From positions 1 through 44,633 of the forward strand of contig NKIB01014337.1 of NCBI GenBank assembly GCA_002256025.1: a stretch of DNA of 44,633 nt, written 5' to 3'. Below are positions 31,285-43,580 of this stretch, piece by piece. Below the pieces are notes generated by a model. It searched no databases. It was not told the DNA's origin and saw only the letters and a program-made list of their open reading frames with translations. Numbering within the stretch: position 1 is the stretch's first letter; each line of letters begins with the position of its first letter. This DNA is from Asterionella formosa. Taxonomy: Eukaryota. The position numbers were made by a program, and so were the translations under genes.

Positions 31285-33796
31285 GAGCTTGAAAAGAAAT
31301 CCAATGAAAACGAAATGGCTGATCACACAAGACGAATATTTCCGGCCGGTCTGCCACCAGAGCATCAATCAGTGTTACAACCTCAATCATAGCTAAACAA
31401 AATCCATTATAGAACAGCACAATCTACTTCTCCGCAACATCGTCTCTCTAACAAGAACGTAATACATCTACAATTGAAACGCAGCATAGCAGGCGATATG
31501 CATAAAGAAGCATTAGACTGTGCCGTCTATTTATAGTAACAGAGTGATTCTGGTTTCGTAATTTTCATGTTTCATCAGATTTCCTTTGTCATCGTACTAT
31601 TTCCTTACCTTTGAAGACAGGAGCTTATTCTTTGATGTATCTGGAATATTTCAATTGATGGCAGCAGTTGGATTTAGACACAGACCTCGACAAAAGCACT
31701 AGTACATGTTCATAAAAAGCAAGACACTTTGACCTATCTCCCACCAGCCAGTCTATAATGCAAAAATGCAAGAAGCAAGCACAAGTTGAATGCCCATTTA
31801 TGGATTCAAGTTTCAGTAGTGCAACAATGTAAAATATTAGAAACCGGAAGTCACATTTCATCTAATTACGGTTTTCATTAGCTATACTAGCTAGTATTGA
31901 TTGAGAGGAAGCAATGGTAGAATGCCAAACGGGCGGGGGCAAACACAGAGAATCCTACTAATTTTTCTCCCCAATGATCCCAGACCCTTCTTGAATGTCA
32001 CTTGCTACAGAAAATGGAAAACAGCCGCCATGATCTGTTGATTGTGGCTGTATGGTGCCACTAAGGACCAAAACCTCCAGAAATCTCAATGAGTTGTTGC
32101 TTGTTTCTTGATTTGAATGCAAAAGGGATCAAAACCAGTAGAAAAATCAAAAGGGAACGAAAAAATTCTCTGCAAACATCAGGACAATTGTGAAAGAGAA
32201 AGAAGTAAAGGGATAATTGCTTCTGGTCTTGCGGGAACAAGAATGGATTGACCCAAACAATGATGACAAATAGGTACCTACCGGAAAAGGAAGCAATGCT
32301 TTCGGCATCATCAATCTATACACAAGCCTGCGCCACCTGACGTCAATATAGCTACCTCGACTTCATCAATGAAGAAGTCAATGGGTGGAGCGTGTGAGGA
32401 AAATCGGAGTTGAGGTTTTCTTGACGCCAACGTGGACCTGCTTGGCTAAACTCCTTGCAGATGAAGGTATTGAAAAACTTTGCCTGTGAAGCCAAAGGAC
32501 AAAGAAAAATCTATGACAAGGGTGGTGAGATAGTGTTTAGGAGGTGGAGCAAAAGTTATCATAGCTGAACGCATTCGAAACTTGTATAGACAATAAATGG
32601 TGGCATACCATCATGGAGGGGGGAGCATAACCTTGGCTGCTCTTAGCTGACAGTTGCCAAGTCAAGTACAAACACAACAAGGGCGCACAAAAGACAGTCC
32701 AATTTTAATGGACTGACTGATACTTAGTTGTGAGACTCACCATTCTGCAATGGGGTGGACTTTGATCATTGCTTCGTTCGAAGCACAAACAGTTCGAATG
32801 CTGTCCAGTGAAACAGCCAATGAAAACAATTTTGGCGAAAAAGCGCAGAACAGATCAAGAGATTTCATAGGAATTACAATGACAGGGCATATATGATGCA
32901 CTGCTCTTTTTGTAGACTATATTTGATCATTTCCATATTTCATGCTATACAGGTGCATGGATGACTCCTCCCAGCCTTTCATTAGATATGCAGCCATGCT
33001 GCGATAATTCTGCAGGACCTATAGTACGATTGGTAGTCTGGTGGTCATCATTTCCGCATTGTATATACCAGTAGGATTCATGTAGTATGCATGCATGCTG
33101 TGATAATTCTTACAAGACATAAAAATTTGGTAGCTTGGGGGTTATCACTTCCGTACTGTATACAGGGGGGGAAGGGGGGGGTTGCATGATCTTTAATCAA
33201 TAAATTTTGATTTGTTTATCCTGTACCTTTGATCATATCATATTGATCATATGATAAACGGTGTCGTTGATGAGAAAATGAAAGATCAAAATTTATTTTC
33301 AAGAATCCGGATTAATTGATCTTAAAAATATGATCAAATGATCCTAAACACATGAGCATATTCAGTTTTCCGCTGCACTATTGTGGTATTTCCATGATAG
33401 AAGTAATTCCCAGCAAGTATACAGTACTACCGGTAGGCCATATGAGGAATTTTGGTCAATATGTCTATATACATAAATGTATGGTTTCAACCATTTGAAA
33501 AATTGGTGATGACTCCCGTTTATTAAGGGGCTTAATTAAATGAGCCACTGACTTGTAGGTACAAGAATTGACACAAAACAAATTGAAAAAATTCAACAGG
33601 TTGTGGAAAACTATGAACTCATCGTGCATTGTATATATTTGAATTAGGTATAATCAAAATTAATATTAGTATACACAGGATTTGCTTTATAATGAGCGTG
33701 TTTAAAACTATACAAATGTTCAACTATATATACAGTTAAACTTCTCACAAATCTATATGTATATTTATTAATGGCTGAAACATTTGAAATCATGTT

Positions 33797-34138
33797 TTCA
33801 TGTTCCTTTTCATGCATACAATTTACTCCTGAAATGAAGGATCATCACACATGATGACGCGGAAAACGAAAGTGATAATACAGCACAATGATACTTGCGG
33901 CTTAGAAGAGAAGGGCGGAATCAATTGATGGTAACAAGTCAAGAGCAAATGCCTTTCATGTTCCTTGTCATGCATACACTTCCTGAAATGTAGGATCTCA
34001 AGCAACACATGATGCGAAAAACTGAAGTGACAATACAGCACGATGATACACCATGCAGCTAAGAATGAGTGAATATGATGGAGAAGGGCGGAATCAACAA
34101 GCTGTGCATAGCATCACGGTTTGTCAAGAGCAAATGCC
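33797..34138. repeat. Diverged ~160-180-bp tandem duplication
   Basis: TTCATGTTCCTT-TCATGCATACA...GAGAAGGGCGGAATCAA...GTCAAGAGCAAATGCC occurs twice. Confidence 0.88.
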
Positions 34139-34199
34139 AGGATGATCAATTGCTGGGATTAAAAATACGGAATGACTCATCCCCTTTCAGTGACTCAAT

Positions 34200-34730
34200 A
34201 GCTCCTCTTTTTGATTTAGTGGCTGGCCAACCATCAATGTGGACAAAAGAAATCGGTAAGTGCTATCAGCCATCTTTGGATCAATCCGCAACTGTTAGAA
34301 AAACTGACACATATGTGTTGCTTCTTTCAGGATAATGATAGACAAACAGTATTTGTAAGTTACAAACAGCAGTGTTGGAGCCCATTTATTGATCGATACT
34401 TTGCTTCTCATTCAATCTTCAACTGACACATTCTTTTACAGAAATATGCATCAGTTGTTACTTCCTCAATTTGTGGTAAGTGAAGATAGAAGCGAAATGC
34501 ATGTTGTTGTGTAAGCAAAACATGAACAGCTAACAATGAATTGTTGCTTCTCTTTTTTAGTATGGCTGATTGGAACAACGAAACCGATTCAATAGAAATA
34601 GGAAATGCATGAATGCAAACTCAGATCCGTCAGGAGTAAATGGAACAAAGCAAGCAGGGGAACAACGGCAAGGCAACCAGTACAACAACCTTCAGAATTG
34701 GATTGGGGGGAAGTGGAAGTGAAAGCTGAA
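34200..34730 (+). pseudogene. Intron-rich gene remnant with two micro-exons
   Basis: Three GTAAGT...CTRAC...YAG introns at 34256-34330, 34355-34441 and 34476-34560; no clean spliced ORF. Confidence 0.5.
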
Positions 34731-35170
34731 GCACCAATCATTGCGATGCGAGCATTGTAGAACATTCTGTAGCCACTCAACATATAGAAACATAAACCAT
34801 TCTTAAATATAGTTATAAATTTCGATCAATTTCATTGTATTTTAGTAGACAGTGATATTGATGAGAATTACAATCATGCTATGATAGATGTATGACAAAC
34901 AAAGTATACACATCATTGGTATTATAACTAAGATAGTATCATCATACTTCAAACTCGGTGAAAGTTTACTGCATGATCATAGTTATATGATACATTGATC
35001 ATATTTTTGATCGAAAAACTCTCATATATGTAAAAATCCTGTGCCACTAAGCGTACGATACCCTTGATCCTATATTCATGATAGTTTTTATTTACAGACA
35101 GTTGGAGAAAATAATTTTGCCGGAACTGTGTAGGAACTTGATCCATATCCTTTCTCCCAGTTCACTTCGA

Positions 35171-38100
35171 TTAATCACTATTCCATTTCGGATGGCATCT
35201 GAAAATAGTAGTTTGGCCGGGAACGGTACTTTCAATTTTAACATGATAATAAAAGTCAATCCTTACAATGGAAACAGGCCCAACCCCATCTTCAATACTT
35301 TTTATTCTTGCTATTTCAATTGCTGAATTCGCAATGCTCTTTACGTAGTTGTCCCCCTTCGGTAAATCAGGATGAACCAATTGAGACAAGGGTGCATCCT
35401 TACTCCGTGATACATGCCCAATCTTATTAGGGACACCTGCTATAGTCCATAGACCACTTGATGATGAAGCAGAGAATTGAACTTTAACAGGAAGGGATGG
35501 TGAATGGATCTTGGTAGGCGATATTCCCAAATTATCAGGCGACGTACTAGGCAACACCATCCTTGTATCCGGAATCATTCCTTCGAAATCAATTTCTGTT
35601 GAAATACCCTCAGTTACATTGATATGTACTTTACTGATCTTCTTATGTTTATTTTCTGTATGTAATGAATCACTTGCAAAAACAATTTTTCGTGGCAAGG
35701 AAAACTGCCTTGTTTCCTCATATGACCTTGTTAAAATGTCATGCTTTAATCGATGTAATTGGCTGTTCATTGACACGCTTACTGGGTCACGCGTTTCAAT
35801 TTGTCTTTCAAAAAAGACTCCAAATATCCACCAAAGAAATTAAGAGGAGATCCAAACTTCCTAATCAGATGAGGGTAATGTTTCATTCCATGAAATCTTG
35901 CCATTCGTAAGCCAATTTGAGATATCATTTCCCGTTGGGGACCAATCATAATCTTAGTAACTGACATAAATCTCTAAACCCTTTCCTCTAAAATATCAAT
36001 ACATGTTGATGTATACTGCGGTATGAATAAAGTGTCATTGATAGATATACATAACCATAACAGCAATGTGAAATCCTTTTCTAGGTGCATGTTCTCTGAA
36101 CCCATCATTCCACCCATTGAAAAAATGGTTAACAGACATAATCCGGGAATTTCTTGCCCTGACATTTTTGACAAAGCTGTCATCCTAGATCTGTATGACA
36201 ATTTTGTAATATCACGATCGTTTTGCCTTTCCAAATGTCTATTGATATGACATATCTAGCACTTTGTTCGAAGTATCGTTTCGAAAATACATTTCTGGTG
36301 CTGGTACAAGTGTTGGGTCTTGATTTTTGCCAGTGTAGATATTTGTGGTAACTGGTGCGTGTGTCCTTTTTGGTCTTTGCCCGTTTCTTCGGTTGCTCTT
36401 GATCAAGAAAAGCAGAGTCTGTTGTTTCAGTGCTACGTTTTTGATCAGGGATGTTCTCTGGAATATCTGGTGACTTTCTTTGTTTAAAAAACATGTCCAT
36501 TCTTCAGGGAAAGTCCGATAATTGTGCAATGATTCCAAAATGTACTTAAACATTCCAAGTAGTACTAATTGATGAAGAACCACAGATGGAGTTGCACCAA
36601 ATAATCCTTCTAAGTCACCACCAAAAAAATCATTTATTAGTGCAGGCATAATAGGATCATGCGATATAACCACATGGCACCACTCGTTTGCTGTTGCGTA
36701 TTTGCCATCAGATTGGGAGACACAATACTCAGGTGGGATACATGGTAATTTTCCATCGGGATACGCATTTTTGTCAAGAAATTTGTTTAAAAAATTTTTA
36801 ACATCTGACACTTTACGACGTTCACATCCAATATCAGGATTATCAGCATCTTCAGTTGAAACCAGGCAAAAGCGACAAACATATCGTCGATATAATCCAT
36901 TACCACCCCTGAAACCACAAACTTTGTTGTGCTCTTCTGTACCACCAATGATCATTCCAATCTGGAAATAAACTTTTGTCATACCAAGACCATGAACCCA
37001 AATATCGCATGACTTGTTTGGATCTTCGAAAGGCAACAATAGAAATCCTGTAACAGAATGGTATGACTTGAGTCTGCATAAGGACAAGTTGTCACCAGAT
37101 AACTTATTATTCATTTGTTTTTCCAGATCACTGACTTCAATGTCTGGCAAAAGAGATACCAATTGCCATCCATCAACGTTTTTCCTTCCTTCTTACATTA
37201 AGTTTAACATTTTCAACAAAAACGGATGCTCGGAATGTTTCATTTGTTTATCAATAGGTGAACCATTACTGAAACGGCTTGGGCAACAAATACACACCCT
37301 GTCTTCAACACTCCATTTTTTGATCCAGGAAAATTGTTGAACGCATTTTCAAACCAAGTCGCGGAAGTTACTTCGTGATATATGCGTTCTCCACAAGTTG
37401 TAAGTTTGGTTTGTTGGTGACATACAAAATGTTGCATGATATCGGAATCCCGTAGCAATTCTGCCATGAGCTGTACTGGTTCGAAATATTGGAGTGTCCG
37501 TGGGATGATCATGTTTGAATTGTTATCAATCTGTATTTATTTGGTCAACAGTTGAACACCAGCTTATGTTGGTGGAAATGAAGCATCCATGCGTTTCTTC
37601 AAAGTCTAGTGGGATGGAGCTTGACACCTTCCATCAAAATATTTCATTGCTTTTGCCTTGAACAGCCATTTCATTAGATGATCAAAGTAAACTGGCTGGT
37701 GGAAGTTAATTCTCGTTAAGGAATACCATGAGTTCTAATTATATTGGATGCATGTTTAGAGAATGTTTACTTGGAATTTGAAATTGAGGAGGCAGGGGCA
37801 TTTCCATTGCATTTTCAGGGAGAAAGCCGGTGTGATCCTTGAAAATCTGAATATTGCATCGTTTCTGAATTCAATCCTTGGAGATTTTTTAGTCTCAATT
37901 GTTCGTCTTGTTGTGACTGAATATTGTTATAAACTGAATCGTCGCTGTCGTCATGACATAGATGCTTGTGGCCACTTGATTCAAGGATAGGACACATAAT
38001 CTCTTTTTGTTGTCTACTCTCCCTAAATGCTGCAGCAGTTACACTGTCATTAACTTCTTTTCTTGAATGATTCGATGCACTACCGCAATACATAGTTTCA

Positions 38101-38276
38101 TTATGTATTCCAGGAACTCGATGTTCTTGCATGCAATGTCGACAGTGACCATATGCATAAAAAGCATGGTTGCTACAATTTCGATTGTGAGACTCAGATG
38201 CGGATTTGCTCTTCCAAAATTTGTAGTTACACAGATAACACCATTTCAATGTCCGCAAAGACATTGCGAATTTCAA
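35171..38276 (-). pseudogene. Plavaka-type (CMC-related) DNA transposase with multiple stops and frameshifts
   Basis: Ordered motifs RIYHEVTSATWF, KHSEHPF...W, IIGGTEEHNKVCG...CRFCLV...ADNP, GATPSVVLHQLVLLGMFKY, RQNDR...KMSGQE, FHGMKHYPHLIRKFGSPLNF...LESFLK and FRCHP. Cys/His-rich N-terminal segment at 38276-38140. Confidence 0.82.
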
Positions 38277-38329
38277 ATGATGACCAAGTCAGGATATGAA
38301 CAGGATAGAATGAAAACGAATTAATAATA

Positions 38330-39395
38330 ATAAATTTGGTATCACTCCAAACATGTTGTGCTGGACGATTCTTTTGTGAAAGTGCAGTGTAGATTTCCTT
38401 ATTATAAACGAGTAAATCATCAGTCTCCATTTATCAGTGCGATCATTTGAAACTTAACTTTCTTCCCTCACACTTTTTTTGATAAGTTGTTTCCCACCAA
38501 TGTCGACAAAATCAGTGGAATGACAATTATCCTCGTTCTCTGATATTTCATGCGTATCTGGATTGAAACCCAATTATTTTTGTTGCAATCGGAAATTTCC
38601 TTTCAGCACGACCAAGAAGCAAAACACTTCTGTACCGGCATTGATCAGCAAACCAACAAAACGTGATTGCAATTCACACTGTGCCCGAAGACTGAGTTGA
38701 AATTTTGTCACACCAGATTTGTCTCCTGTTAAAAATGGTTCTCCATGGCTTGTAAAATACAGAAAGAATACATTTTTTGCATAAAAGTGTCGGAAAATGC
38801 ATAAACCGTCAGTCAGGGGAGTTCGTGATCATTTCCGCAATGCGAAGTTTTTATTCGCGTAAAGAACAAGCAGTCTATTGTTGAATGGCTTAAAGTATGG
38901 CTGTAGTAAGCTGTCAAATGACCTAATCAAAATTCCATAGAAATATGAACCATGACAATTAGTGTGTACATGAAAGTCACTACAAAATTGACATAGAGGA
39001 ATTTGTTGCATCTTGAAAATGTTGTACCCTCTCCGAGAATACTGTCGCTCAGGTTTTCTCGTCTATTTCTACAAAAACATAGAAAACCTTATCTAGTCAA
39101 AGTTATCAAGCTAATCACCGCAAATTCAAAACTGTTTGCGTTTTTGGTCATATCTTCAAAACTGAGCAAATGACGACCAGAAACAACTTCCAGCGCCGAT
39201 TTTAACTTTTTGTTGTCAATACTAGTGCAAAAAGTTTTATTATTCAACGACAATCTCGTCTATGATAGTCTACATACACCTGCGAAATAGGAATTTCTCA
39301 TTGTCAATATTCGTGAAGATATTCAAACCCATAATTTCGTCATGGTCAAGATGGAGTTGCTGTCTCATCGACCCCATACCACAGGCAGCTGTACA
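38330..39395 (-). pseudogene. TE accessory 'ORF-A' (longest copy), directly upstream of and co-oriented with the transposase
   Basis: GSMRQQLHLDHDEIMGLNIFTNIDNEKFLF...IDNKKLK; homologous to 8048-8235 and 22806-23150. The 3' extent is approximate. Confidence 0.5.
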
Positions 39396-39644
39396 AACAC
39401 ACATGCAAGTACTGGTAGAACATAACCAGTATTATGTATGCAAGCATACCGGTATATAATATGCATCACTATATACATGTGTTGTACCAGCAGTTGGAAT
39501 TCACATGTAATCCTGTAGTAGGTCTGTCATTACTAGCTACTTGGCAATAGAAGTCCACATCATACATCATGTTGGCATTATATTTGGAATTGTCATGTGT
39601 ATCCATGAATTACTTTTTGTCAAAAGTCGCTCCACAAATACGAA

Positions 39645-40015
39645 ATGTCTAGTTCTTCCAACTCATCTCACAATTCATCCTCCTCTGAGGAGGATGATAG
39701 CATCTTGCAGAGTTCAGGAGATAGTTTGTCAGAAGATAGTGCTTTGTCTTTGGGGAAAAAAGGGGTAGATCCCATTAACTTTTCGATCCTACCATTGTCA
39801 CCTGCAGGCTACCACACTCCAGCACGCACTGACAATTTTCCTCTTCCCCTTGGCGACACTCTTTGGTGCTGGGAACCGGACTCACCAGACTTTGTCATAC
39901 AGACAATGACTGATTATACATTGGCTTGTCGCAAGGCTGTCAAGAAGATTTGGCCAAATGCCGAATTTACATTTGGTATGTGCTCTTATCATGCGGCCTG
40001 GAATGCATTTGTTTT
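39645..40015 (+). pseudogene. MULE transposase-derived gene, 3'-truncated second copy
   Basis: MTDYTLACRKAVKKIWPNAEFTFGMCSYH; collinear with 28852-28495; homology ends after WNA. Confidence 0.72.
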
Positions 40016-40029
40016 GGTATTGAATAATC

Positions 40030-40577
40030 CCCGAATTACAAAGGGACATTTACAGGAATGGAAGAATGTGCATCTAATCCTCTGTAACTCTAATGCCATC
40101 AGCTCTAAGGTATGGACGATCTTTTGATAATCACATGAGACTCCCGCCACCTCCAAAATTCCGTTTTCCCAAATCGCAAAGGAAACCTTCAACCTCCCGA
40201 ATCTTGACATCTATAGCAAAATAATTATTCAACCACACCTCGACTTTTGTTTCATTTGGTGGATTGACGAAAACACCGTCATCAAGTGCTTAAAAAGCCT
40301 CGCTTTCCAAGATAGTACCAGGCTCTTCTGTGACATTTCCCATTCCACCTTCGATTTCTTCGATATCACAGCTGCTGAAGTCATCCTCATCACCCTCTTC
40401 AAATTTAGGCTGTTTTTCGATACCAGAACTGTCAGTACTATCACTGTCGCTATGACTGTGACTGTGATTGTGACTGTCATCTTCGTCAGCCACTTCTTTG
40501 TTTTCGTCTGAGATATCTTCCATCCCAGTGGTTTTCAAACCACCGGGTTGGGATGTAAACAAGTTTCGTCTCAACAT
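40030..40577 (-). pseudogene. Acidic low-complexity protein remnant
   Basis: ORF 40290-40577 is D/E/S-rich, and the frame stays protein-like past its stop codon. Confidence 0.35.
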
Positions 40578-40991
40578 GGAGGAGCGTCTATAATTTAAGT
40601 TAACATACCCAGTATAGTTTTCTCCTCTATATCAACCCAAGAATTCCTTGCTTGGCGGTATATCAATGTGGGTACCAGTACATCGCTAGTAAAATAATTT
40701 ATTACGGTAATACGCCTGCCTTTTTTTGCTTTTTTTATGTCGCTGCATGTGTAGAAAATGCTCAGTAGTATTTCCACATAATTAAACCACAACGATCAAT
40801 CTCAATGTGGGTACCGGTATTGAAACCCGTATACGGGACATCCTTTGTGCTGTTCGAACATAACTACAGTCATGGCGGCTGATGGAGTCGCTTTGTACGA
40901 AAACAAACGTCATAGACTGGTGTCATTGTTCAAATCGTTTTTACGCACCGGTATTGCGTAAAAACGGCATGCGCTCAAATTTTCGGCTAGT

Positions 40992-41475
40992 TTGAGCTGC
41001 GTTGCGGCGAAACTTGATGTACCAAAGAATTCAATAGATGTTGTTGGCGCCAAGGCAATTGTAGAGGCTGTCAAGGTCAATGCTGAATTGACTACAGTTG
41101 GTTTCGATTTTAATTCTATTGGTCTTGATGGCGCAGAGGCCATCAACACAGGTCATCAAGGTCGATACTGTTGTGACTACACTTGATCTCAATGCCAATT
41201 CAATTGGTGATGATGATGCGAAGGCCGTTACCAACCCATCGAGGTCAATATCAACACAGGCCTTCAAGGCCGATACTGTCATGACTACACTTGATCTCAA
41301 TACCAATTCAATTGGTGATGATGGTGTGAAGGCCACTACCCCCTCATGGTCAATACTGGATTGACTGACTTCGCTTTATTTCTGAGGCAATTAAATTCAC
41401 GTCAATGCCAATTCAATTGGTGTTGATGACGCCAATTGAATTGTAGATGCTCTCAAGAAGGTCAATCCTTGCCTG
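40992..41475 (+). pseudogene. RI-like (28-aa) leucine-rich-repeat gene fragment
   Basis: About five repeats of the type TTLDLNxNSIGDDGAKAIxxAxKxN, split by frameshifts and stops. Confidence 0.85.
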
Positions 41476-41575
41476 TCTTAACATCTTGACAATGTTTTAT
41501 ACCAATTGTAGTGCAACTGGTATTGATTTACTAATTGAATAACTTACTTTTAACTAATGATTATTAAATATAAAT

Positions 41576-43456
41576 TTACCGTCCTTCTTTTCCATAAGAA
41601 TCAAGCAAAAATGAAACTAGAGATGGAGGAATACGATTCTTTCCATAGGCCTTTGTGTTAATGGCATTCCCAGCTCGTTTCCTGATCGCAACTGAGTTTT
41701 TCTCGGGAGTGGAACCAGGGGACAAGTACATATGAAGTCTCAAAGCTCCATTGGTGAGGTGATTGTCCATAGCACCTGCATGAACTGTATCATCCCGCAT
41801 TAAAAATATGTACTTGAAAGGAATGCGAAGTAACATCGCATGTTGATTCTCTGCTGCTTTCACTTTTCGATCTAAGTCAAAGTTCCAGTCGAATGACTCT
41901 CCATCCCAGAAATTTATGGAGAACCCACGAGAACAAAGGGAGATATCCAATCACCAAGGAAGGCACATGTCAACATCATTGATTACCAGCTCTGTATTCT
42001 GGTAGTCAAAATGTGGCTCTTGATGAACCGTTGACAAATTGACATTAGTGTGCAATAATGTACAGGTATGTGGTATATCTTTGCTGACATTGGTTGCGTT
42101 ACTTGCTACAAATGGGGGCTGCATAACAGAACCGGGAATGACCATTGACAACATTTTCCAAAAGTGGTTCACATTGTCATGTGAGGATGTGGGGTCCGAG
42201 ATCTTCATTTTGTCAGTGAATGGGCCATATGCAACCAAAGATATTGTCCCGCCTGTCATCTGCCTGAAGGATTCGGCAAGGATCCTCTTTGTCCGGAAAG
42301 AGGCCCTGATAAGCGACCAAGTCGCCTGATCTGTACCAACTTGACCCATAATCTGCTATTGGCCTATGTCCAGGAAAGGACAGTTTTTGATCGAAAAAAG
42401 AATACCTTATCAGGTGGAACACCAGAAATCTGGGGCATTGTATCATCTTCCATGATATAAGACACAGCTTTCATGGCTTCAGCAATTTTTTCAAGAAAGA
42501 AGCAGAGATCATCAATGCGGCGACATTTGAATGAGGGACAGGAATTGTCTTCGAAGAAATTCATAGCCGCTTCACGTTTGCGAGGTGTAATGACAAGTAC
42601 ATGCCATCCCATGTCACCTTCTTTCCGCCCTTTTTTTGATAACTGATAATGACCTGATTTTCTCCACTCTTTACAACATGATGGGAAGTAGTTAATCCAC
42701 ATCCAACACCACATTCTTGTTGGATCCGAGGTGACCTTGTGGGAAAAAGCGAAGTAACTTATGGTCCGAGTTCTCCTTATTTTTATCTAGCAACACTCCA
42801 AGTTTCCACTTCATGAAAAAAGATTAGCGTTTTCACGAAGTGGGACTGGAACAATTGAGATGTCTTTCCCAAGTCGGGTGGCAGTTAAGCTTTTCGAGAT
42901 GACCATTGTCGGTTTTTGGTAAAAAATGTTGTATGAATATGTTGTATGTGGGTGAGCAGCAACATGGAATACCACATCACTATTACTATTATGCTCGTCT
43001 GAAGCAAGTGTTGCGGCTAATGCGCGATCGCTTACTTCTGTAAACTCAAGTTGTGCAGCATTCAGACAATCACGAAAATAATCAAGAAGAATGGGCGACT
43101 CGTGATTTAGACCATGAGCAGCAAACTGTGCGGCAATCTGATCAATCTTGATCTTAATCCAGACTTCATCCTCCAAAACGGATTTGAAGTATTCAGGTAA
43201 AGGAGAAGAATTGTCCCAAGGAACGATTTTCTTGATTTCGGAAGGCTTCCGGGCATGGTCGAGAACTGATTTATTGGAGACCCTGTTGTACACATTGAAC
43301 AACGCTTTGGCCTTCGTGTAGCATACAAACTGGCCAATTTCGCCAGCATAATTAACCTTCAATACGGAAACTCGATCACTCCTCTCCAGAGAAAGGTCTT
43401 CATCTTCGTTCCAATCAGACAGCAGGGGATATATTGTGGTTGCTTCATTTGAACCC
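41576..43456 (-). pseudogene. Multi-domain protein with C-terminal 2OG-Fe(II) dioxygenase (DSBH) domain
   Basis: HQEPHFD (HxD, 42005-42013), VHAG (distal His, 41774-41785) and RLH (41732-41740). An in-frame TGA at 41951-41953 joins ORFs 41951-42349 and 41576-41950. ORFs 42364-42714 and 42811-43362 share a frame upstream. Putative intron at 43457-43512. Confidence 0.72.
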
Positions 43457-43580
43457 CTAGCTCGAGGTAGGGTTAAAAAAATAATATTGAGTCAGAGTAA
43501 TCAAACACATACTTTTCACATATAAATCAAATTGGTTAACGCTCAACGGAGCTTTCACCAATACTCTAAGCATTCAACCC

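Noticed and set aside
31900..32900. Purine-rich, coding-like stretch
   Set aside because: Probably a decayed gene, but all frames are broken and I recognise no family.
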